Assembly: GCA_020184695.1 (NCBI GenBank)
Contig: JAANOX010000095.1
Span: 187,914 to 251,913, forward strand
Direction of reading: 5' to 3'
DNA length: 64,000 nt
From: Histomonas meleagridis 2922-C6/04-290x
Lineage: Eukaryota > Protista > Parabasalia
The position numbers were made by a program, and so were the translations under genes. Shown here one piece after another: positions 56,101 through 64,000 of the stretch. Each line of letters opens with the position of its first letter. The stretch's first letter is position 1. The notes beneath the pieces were generated by a model, which worked only from the letters and a program-made list of their open reading frames with translations, was not told the DNA's origin and did no database searches.

Positions 56101-59100
56101 ATTAAACAAATAGTTTTCCATTGATATGAAGTAGTTAAAAATAATCCTTTTATATGTTCATCTATTAATTTCTTAGATGAATGTGTCGAAAATCCTAAAT
56201 GTATTGATATAGAATTAGGAGGCTTTATAAAGATATTTGTGATTTTGTTTTCGATATTAATGTTTTCTAATATGTTATTAAATGTAGGAAAATATTCAAT
56301 GTCTTTGGGAATTTTATTTGTCGATATTTTATATTCTTTTGGTAATTCACATAACTTTTCTTTGTTCTCGGAATTCATCGCTCCATGTAAACATATTTCT
56401 GGACATGAATCAAAATCGAAATATTCTTCATTGACTTCTATTTTAATTTCTGCGTTTTTAGGTATTGCAATAATTATACGAAAGTTATTACAATTATTTG
56501 GAAATGTTATTTCATTATTTTCATTCATTCCAAATACATTTTTATTAGTATCAATATAAAATGTGAATTTTTCTAAATTAGGTTCAATACTAATTTTCTT
56601 ATTATATGGATAAATTTCACCATTTAATGTATTAATTAAAGAAAATCGAGTAAAATATCGTTCATTAGTATTAGTTATTATACCGAAATATGAAATATTT
56701 TTATTATTATTTACAAAAGAATAACTAATATTAAATTTAATGTTGTTTTTAATTCGTGGTGATAAAAATGATATAAAATCTAAATCTTTATAATATATTT
56801 GATTAAATATTCCGTTTTGTGGTATGTTTGGAATTCTTAATAATGTATTTAAACGTGAAAAGAAATTAGTTAATGTATGAAATGGTAAATAATTTTTTGC
56901 TAATTTTTTGACATATTTAAATTTCATTTTATCAATAAATTGTTGGAACTTTAAAAAATGTGCTAATAATTGTAAATATAAAACAGCTTTAATAGTATAT
57001 AATTCTTTCATAATTCTCTTGAAAAATGATAATATAAAATCGAATTCTTGAAATATTTTTATATCCAAATAAAGACTTGAAACTGCATATATTATATTTT
57101 CCGAATCATTTTCTATAATAATTGAAGGCAATGATAAATTTAAAGGTTTCGAATAACATAAAAATTGATTTGGCTTTTGTGTAGGTACTGCTATATATTC
57201 TGTTGATGAATTCTTTGAAGATTGATATTTAATTAAACAATAAGGACGTACTTCTTCTAAATATCCTCCTAAAATAGCAAACAAACCACATTGTAATACA
57301 TCTTCACTATTTTTTGTGATCTTTAATAAAACTGATAATAATGTTTTATATGAATTAGATTTCTCAATTAATATTCGTCGTAATAACAATATCATTTCAT
57401 TAGCTGATGATATATCTTTACAATTATTATATGATTCACCTATTGTTTGAACAATATGTAAAAATTCGGTTTTAATTGTTTTAGTTTTAATTTTCGTTGA
57501 ATTTATTACATAAAACATTACACGACATAATAATCGTTTAATGTTTGGATTAGTTTTCCAAAATATTGGCTGGAATTCTTTATAAAACTTTTTATTCGCT
57601 GGTATTAATGAAAATGAAATCGATTGTAATAAATAATCCATTGCGGATAAAATTGGATTTTTTAATACTTTTGGGATTTTAGTTATATATTGTATTAATG
57701 ATAATGATAAAGCAAATAATGTTAAGTCATGTGTTTCAATATTTTTCTCTAAAACTTTGTTTAAAAATGTTTCTTTTAAGTTTTGTAGTTGATTTGTATC
57801 TCTAAAAAATCGATAAGCGACTAAACTAAGTTTCGATTTAGGATTATTTAATATAATTTTTAATATTCATGAACCAAAAAGTTTCGATATAATTTCTTCA
57901 TTATTTATATTAGTAATTTGCATTACTGTTGATAAACCTTCAAAATTTTTGAATTTTGGATAAAGTATAAGCAAAAATTTCTATGAAAATCGAAGATGAT
58001 TCATATGCTAAAACATTATCAATAAGTTCAAACCCAATTAATGTTAATCGACTTCGAGATTTTTGTTGATTAATTAATGAAATGATTTCTTCAATTGATT
58101 CTTTAGAACAAGCAAAATCGCCCATTTGTTTCGGAGTTAATGTAATATCTTTATTTAATCGAAGTAATAAATGACATTTCTTATATATTAATGATTCTTT
58201 ACCTGATTGTTTTTGTGATCGATATATATTTCTAACTCGAATCATTTGTTCTAATACTGATTTAAGTTTTACTGAAAATGTTTCATTTCGTTCGATTAAT
58301 TCATTAAATAAATCTTGATGCTTACAAAACGCTGCTAAACAAACTCTATCTAATAATTTAATATCATTTGATAAGTTTTTGTTCATTGAAGGCTTATAAT
58401 TCTTATATATATGAGACATAACATATATATCACCTTTTTCGCCTAAGAAATTATTCAAAATTTCACTAAAACAATTAATATCTGTATTAAATAAATCTTT
58501 TTGATTATTATTATCAAGATTTAATGATATTAAATGAGAAAATTCTTTTTCAAAAATTAGATAATTTTTGTTCCTTGTAATAAAGTTGCAGCAAATTTAC
58601 CATAAACAAATAAAAATAATCGAACAATTGATGATAAATCAGAATCGTCTGTAATTTCTAATGATTTATTAGATATAAAACCATAAATTTTAGATAACAA
58701 ATCAGAGAATATATCAGTCAATATACGTGCAATTATATGATATGAAGATAATGATGTTAATAAACACATAAAATTATCAATTAATAATAAGATAAAATGA
58801 TTTTTCGATTTCATCTGCAGTTTTAGCTAAGAGTATACTAAAGTTAAATTTATATGAAAGGATTTTACAATACATAGTTAAACAACCCTAAAGGATTATT
58901 AATATCATTAAGTGATTTATCATCGAAATTTACTTCATCTAAATTATTATCACGTAAATATATAGATACCGTTGATATTAATACTCTTTGATGAATTAAT
59001 AATATTGATTTGTTTTCATTTGGTATTAATGATGAAGAAATTGTGTTTTGTGGTAACATTTCTGATATTTTTATTTGGTAAATCAAATTGTATATAAGCT

Positions 59101-60839
59101 AAGTTTTGACATGATTCAAGTTTACTATATATAAATGAAAGGATTTTTTGACTTTTTGTTTTATGTAATAATGTTATTAATATTTCAATTGATTCATTTT
59201 TACATTCATATAACATAATATGTAAGTTATTAAAATATAAAAATGTTGCATAAGAATGTGGTAAATTTGGAATTATTTTTAAACATAAGTCTCTAATATT
59301 TTGATTAGATTTAAAACGACGTAAATTAGAATTAATTAAAAATATTATTATATTATATAATGATTCATTCTTTGTTAATAATAATTTCGGTATAAAATCG
59401 AGAAATTCTATAAATAATTCTAAGTTTTCTGTTAAATAATATTTGGGAATAACATTTGAGCCAGTATAATGTATAATAATTTTATTCATATTACAAACAA
59501 ATTTTTGGAATTCTTTCGAACTCTTTTTAAATGATTCATTAAAATCAAATAAACGATTATCATAACTACCCGCGAAATAATATCGTTGGATTTCTAATCG
59601 ATTACTTTCTTGCATCGTAATAATCCAATGACATCTATTAATCGCATCTAAGTTCATTGTTAAACATATTTTTGGACTTTCAAAGAAGTCATCTGTAATA
59701 TGTTTACCAGTGATTAATGAAAAAACTCGAAATAAATAATGAACATTATCAAGTCGATATATAAATGAGATAAAATTCCCATTGATTTCAATAGGTATTA
59801 ATGAATAATCAGCTTTAGGAAATAACTTTGGTAATGATGGATTTAATTTACTATCGCCTATTTTCAAATTGATTTTTCGAATGACTTCTCCATTCTTTAA
59901 TACATGAACATTAAAATAGCGATCAATCACTACATCAGTAATACCATTAGTTACATAACATATATAACTTGAAAACGGTACTTGATATTGTGTATATGGA
60001 TAACAATTATCATTTAATAAATCATGTATCTTAAAATCATATGCTACACCATATGAAAATAAAGTGATTTTCTTCGGCGAAGCTATTATCGACGTCCGAA
60101 TATCAACTTTTATGCCTAATTTACGTCGAAGTGGCGTTAATAATGTCCCCATATTTAAGATTGGAAAGATTTGTAAGATGCTGTTGGTACATAAAACAAA
60201 TAGAAATTGTCCACTACTCGCTATCCCATGAATTGTAACAACTCCGGAAAATTGTTCATTATGATTAATTGAATTCATGGTGGCAAAATTAGAAATGGGT
60301 GGAGTAAAACATGATGATGGCGAACATATGTTATAATGATCTCGAATTGCTAAAAACGTTTTATCTTTTGAAAAATTATAATGTGAATTTTGTTTATAAT
60401 TTTTTAATATACTAAAAATGTTTTCAAAGGTTGGAAATATTTTGGATGGTGGAGGTGGCAATTCAGAAAATGGCGCAAATAAATGAGATGAATTTCGAAT
60501 AATTACTGAAAACATATGATTTCGAATAGAAGATGATTTTTCACAAAGCTGAAATAAATCATCTAGCTTCATAATATATTGATTATCGGATTCTTGTTCA
60601 TATGTAATGATCATTTCTATTGCTTTTGGAATTTCGTTAAATTGTTCATAACACCCTAATAATAGATTACATATATGATGCGATGTGTGAAGTTTAGGTT
60701 GAGGAGCTGGATTTGTTGTATGATAAAATCTGATTATAATTTTCTCTTGAAGAAAAATTGGATTTGCAAAATCTGTGTGATTTATAAGGAGATCTTTCTT
60801 TGAACTTTTGGTGCTTTCTTTCGATGCTCCTTGGCCCAT
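53196..60839 (-). CDS. Giant HECT E3 ubiquitin ligase; frame broken several times between about 57850 and 59080
   Basis: C-terminal HECT (WSVTFMNEHAIDVGGPAREL, LLKFITT, LPTAATCFNRLHLPPY, catalytic Cys). ORFs 59016..60839, 58865..59086, 58557..58814, 57940..58458 and 53196..57641 abut on one strand. N-terminus MGQGAS is a myristoylation-like motif. Confidence 0.75.
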
Positions 60840-60931
60840 TTTTAAAAATCGACCGATGAATGGTGATTATAAACGGTCGCTTCAAGATTTTTCAGTAACG
60901 ATACGATCAAAAAGATCTAAAAAACGAATTC

Positions 60932-61633
60932 ATGATCTGGAGAGCTCAAGATAACTCATCAACCACAGAAGAAAATAAAAAGACAATTCCACGTGAATTT
61001 AAAATTTCAAATCCTATGCCAGCTATAACACCTAATACACTTCCACCATCAGACGAATTTCCTATTCAAGAGTATCAAGCATTTAAAGATCTCATAGTTG
61101 ACTTTCTACCAACATATACTGTGGATCTAAACATGGTTGATTTCCCAATTCTTGATCAAGTAAAAGCCTTTTTTGAAAATTCAGAATCTACAATGCCAAT
61201 AGGTGAATTTATAATGGAAAGTATTTTATTACAACTACAACACAATTTTGTTAAAGCAATGCCAACTTCTTCTCTTACGAGACTTTCAGTTCTTCATCAT
61301 CAATTATATCAAATTCTTCAAATTCTTGAAGCAAACAAACTTAACACGGATTTAATAGATTTTTGCGATATGATGCTTGAAGAAGTTGCTGATACTTATC
61401 ATTCCAATGTTTGTGATGTTATCGAACAAAGATTTTGGTCCAAAACTAAATCGCCTGAAGAACTAATCAAATGTTTCCTTAAGAAAGAAGTCGAAAGACT
61501 TCGTCTTCTGAATGATAAAACTTATCAAATTTTGGTTAGTCACATGTTACGTAAAGCAGTTGATAGTGCTCCTCACGCTGGCGCAGAAGTTATCATTCGA
61601 TGGATGAAGAAGAATGGATTACAAATTGATTGA
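60932..61633 (+). CDS. Hypothetical protein
   Basis: 233-aa ORF with ATG, head-to-head with the HECT gene; no recognised domain. Confidence 0.75.
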   Translation: MIWRAQDNSSTTEENKKTIPREFKISNPMPAITPNTLPPSDEFPIQEYQAFKDLIVDFLPTYTVDLNMVDFPILDQVKAFFENSESTMPIGEFIMESILLQLQHNFVKAMPTSSLTRLSVLHHQLYQILQILEANKLNTDLIDFCDMMLEEVADTYHSNVCDVIEQRFWSKTKSPEELIKCFLKKEVERLRLLNDKTYQILVSHMLRKAVDSAPHAGAEVIIRWMKKNGLQID

Positions 61634-61863
61634 AAATATTTTCGTTGTGTAAAAATTAATTTTTCGATTTATATAAATTTAAATTTATATTAGTATCTAT
61701 TCCTGGTACTGAAATAACCGATAAGTTTTTTAGGGGGTTCAATTAAATTATGCTATTACTTATTAATAAAAATTTTCCCACTGTTATTTTTTTATGTTTG
61801 ATCCACATCGTATAGGGACCCTATTAGTGAATCATATTATTCACGCAATAAGGGCAACGTAAG

Positions 61864-62427
61864 TTGGTACCACCTATTAATCCTCCTCTTACTAAATATG
61901 ATTTAGATCGTGCTTATGAAGTTCTTAAGAACAATGGCAGGATTCCTGATTATTCTATTCAAGATACCATTGTTAATTATCCTGGTGGTACTAGTACTAA
62001 AAGAGTTGCCTATGAAATTGGATCTACTATTAAGGTTAATATACCAATATTTTCTATTTCCATTTCAGATGTTCCAGGTTTTATTCCTTTGACTAATTTT
62101 TCTTTAAATACTTCTACACCATTACCATCAATAGATGGTACTCATTATTATGTTTTAATTGTTATTGAACCCAATTCTCCTCAATCTAATTATACAGAGA
62201 TATATGTTAATTATCTACATCAATCTTCACTTTCTAGATCAGGTACTTATTATTATTATTTATATGATTTTGGTACTACTTTTCCTTCACTTAATGATCG
62301 TACAGTTGGTTTTTTTACATCTGATAATTCTCTTGTATTTTATATTCGTGAAACTAATTTTGAAGTATCTGCACCAAGTGTTTTAATTGTTCCTAATTTT
62401 AATTATTCATTTAATTTACCATTGTAA
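61864..62427 (+). CDS. Beta-rich unknown protein fragment lacking an in-frame ATG
   Basis: 187 open codons with strong third-position T bias; an upstream ATG at 61794 is in a different frame. Confidence 0.45.
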   Translation: MVPPINPPLTKYDLDRAYEVLKNNGRIPDYSIQDTIVNYPGGTSTKRVAYEIGSTIKVNIPIFSISISDVPGFIPLTNFSLNTSTPLPSIDGTHYYVLIVIEPNSPQSNYTEIYVNYLHQSSLSRSGTYYYYLYDFGTTFPSLNDRTVGFFTSDNSLVFYIRETNFEVSAPSVLIVPNFNYSFNLPL

Positions 62428-62760
62428 AATGTAAACCATTCAATTGATTTTTAGATATTTTCTTTTTATCTATCGGTTTTTCTGGTTAATTTTATTTTTT
62501 TCTTTTCGACTCAGCACATAAGTGATAATAACAAAGTTTGTTCACTCTATGGGCAATTGAGAACTTTTTTCTTTTTTTTTTTTTTCTTTAAACCAAGGTA
62601 CCCCCTCCCCCAAATAAAGCCCTAATGGCGAATGAGTGCATTTATCCCAAACCTCCCGAAGCCCGACTCGCGGAGCACTTTTTTTATAAAAGGGCGTAGA
62701 CAGGTGATCAGTATAAAGTGTACTAGGGGTGGGGGTTAGGTTTAATTTTATTTTTCAAAA

Positions 62761-63060
62761 GACCGTTATTTGAGGACGTTTAAAAATAAAAATAATTTTT
62801 GCTAGGCCTTCATCTTGCGGAGGACGTTAGTGGTACCTGAGCAAGATTATATTACCTAGCAAAAATTACAAGAAATTGCTCATAACGGTCGCCCGATAAC
62901 CTGAATTGAATACTTTATTTTCTATATTCAATTCATTTTTGATCGTCAACCGTCACCAAAAAAAATTGCTCATAACGGTCTCCAATGACGGTTATTTTTC
63001 TATTTTGGGGTACCTTAAAAGCAATTTAAGGGTTATTCTTTTCAATATGTGTCAGGTACC
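62761..63060. repeat. Cluster of short direct and inverted repeats
   Basis: 14-bp inverted repeat taatttttgctagg (62793-62806) / cctagcaaaaatta (62855-62868); 18-bp direct repeat aaattgctcataacggtc (62873-62890, 62963-62980); partial inverted copy gaccgttat at 62761. Confidence 0.85.
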
Positions 63061-63285
63061 TGGAAATTTATTTTTAGGTTGACTACATTAATTGTGTGTT
63101 TTTATATGTGTCATTTTATACTTTATTCTTATTTTATGTTTTGTTAATGTGCTGTTTTTCATATGACATATCCTTTCTGTCACTTTTCTATTATATAATA
63201 ATATTTCAATACTTTACATTTAGAAATTGTAATTTGATGTTTTTATTCTTATTTTTATCTCAGTTATTTTTCTAAATTATTTTCA

Positions 63286-63516
63286 TTAAAGTTTGTTTAT
63301 TATGTGAGTACTTATCCATCTTATTAAGATGTCAAATTCTTTCTTTGATTTCAACTCCAATTTAGTTAAGTATCTCTCTACAGCTTCACTAGCATATGGA
63401 ATAACATTTTGCCAAGGTTCCAAAGTAGGAATCTCGTAATTTTCCCATTTTATCCAAAATCTCAAGCCATTCCCTAGTTCATGGCCTATTATTTTGTCCA
63501 CTGGAAACATTGCCAT
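63286..63516 (-). CDS. Small chromodomain-like ORF
   Basis: FPVDKIIGH...FWIKWENY..PTLEPWQNV follows the chromodomain pattern (V.KI..H, KW.GY, TWEP..N). Confidence 0.7.
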   Translation of the reverse strand: MAMFPVDKIIGHELGNGLRFWIKWENYEIPTLEPWQNVIPYASEAVERYLTKLELKSKKEFDILIRWISTHIINKL

Positions 63517-64000
63517 CTAATAAAATGACACTATTTTTCTCTTCTTTGGTCATTCGACTTTTTGAAATATTTAAATTCTATAATTATACTTTTGTGGCAA
63601 AGTTATGATGTGTTCCATTCAATGTTATACTCCATTTGGCATCATATTATCTTATCCACTTTTTCAATGATGATTATATTGTCACTTTTCTTGTAAACCA
63701 TTCAATTGATATTAGTAAATATGATGTTTTTCATATGATATGTCCTTTTTGTCACTTTTTCATTCTCTTAATTGCCAATAGTAATTTGACTAACACTGTT
63801 TGATTTTTTATATAACTTATTTCTCTTTAGTAAAGTATTCAAGGAATGGAATCAGTAAACAATCTAAGCTCTTACAATCGATGGTTTGACAGTTACTTTC
63901 ACCTAGTTATTTGACATACCTTTTTTATTTTTAACGATAACTGACATATTTAAAATTTTTAAATTTATTGTGACATTTGTAATTTTATTCAATTTTTATC

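Noticed and set aside
58830-58900. 17-nt spacers as the cause of the HECT and BspA frame breaks
   Set aside because: At the breaks tested the required shift does not match removal of one 17-mer, or a 1-nt homopolymer change explains it, and no RTTT...TTT unit is present.
61859-61906. GTAAGT...ACTAA...TAG spliceosomal intron linking ATG 61794 to ORF 61864
   Set aside because: Splicing leads to an immediate stop rather than into the long frame.
62726-62742. Telomeric repeat (ggggtgggggttagg)
   Set aside because: Only one TTAGG unit; no tandem array.
1-64000. rRNA, tRNA or snRNA genes
   Set aside because: None recognised by eye; a covariance-model search would be needed to exclude small RNAs.

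Overview
AT-rich eukaryotic DNA, most likely a parabasalid protist (Tritrichomonas/Histomonas/Trichomonas-like). This is inferred from compact intron-poor genes, TCA(T/C)(T/A) Inr motifs just upstream of ATGs, DUF3447-type ankyrin genes, a BspA-like LRR surface protein and bacterial-type enzymes. About 25 protein genes or gene remnants are present: DZIP1-like, RasGEF, RABL6-like, adenine deaminase, MBOAT, ARM protein, exportin-like, two cupins, EF-hand protein, sucrose-transporter-like MFS, RhoGEF-Kelch, BspA, giant HECT ligase and a chromodomain ORF. Main result: three ankyrin-repeat genes (5498-8829 +, 14635-15736 +, 42758-45673 -) look shattered in the ORF track but are encrypted. In almost every repeat the beta-hairpin D-x-x-G-x-T is written as single codons separated by U-rich spacers of exactly 17 nt (20-nt pitch: D [17] x [17] x [17] G [17] x-T-A-L). 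The spacers lack GT-AG ends. By hand I read 88 spacers in these three genes, of which 87 are 17 nt and one is 21 nt; further 17-nt units occur in decayed remnants. Removing them restores uninterrupted frames and consensus hairpins (KD-KDG-YTALM, KN-KDG-KTPL, KD-SDG-NTPMH). This points to a non-canonical processing or recoding system with 3-nt micro-exons placed at the specificity-determining positions of ankyrin repeats. The mechanism cannot be determined from DNA alone, and I could not search the literature to confirm novelty.
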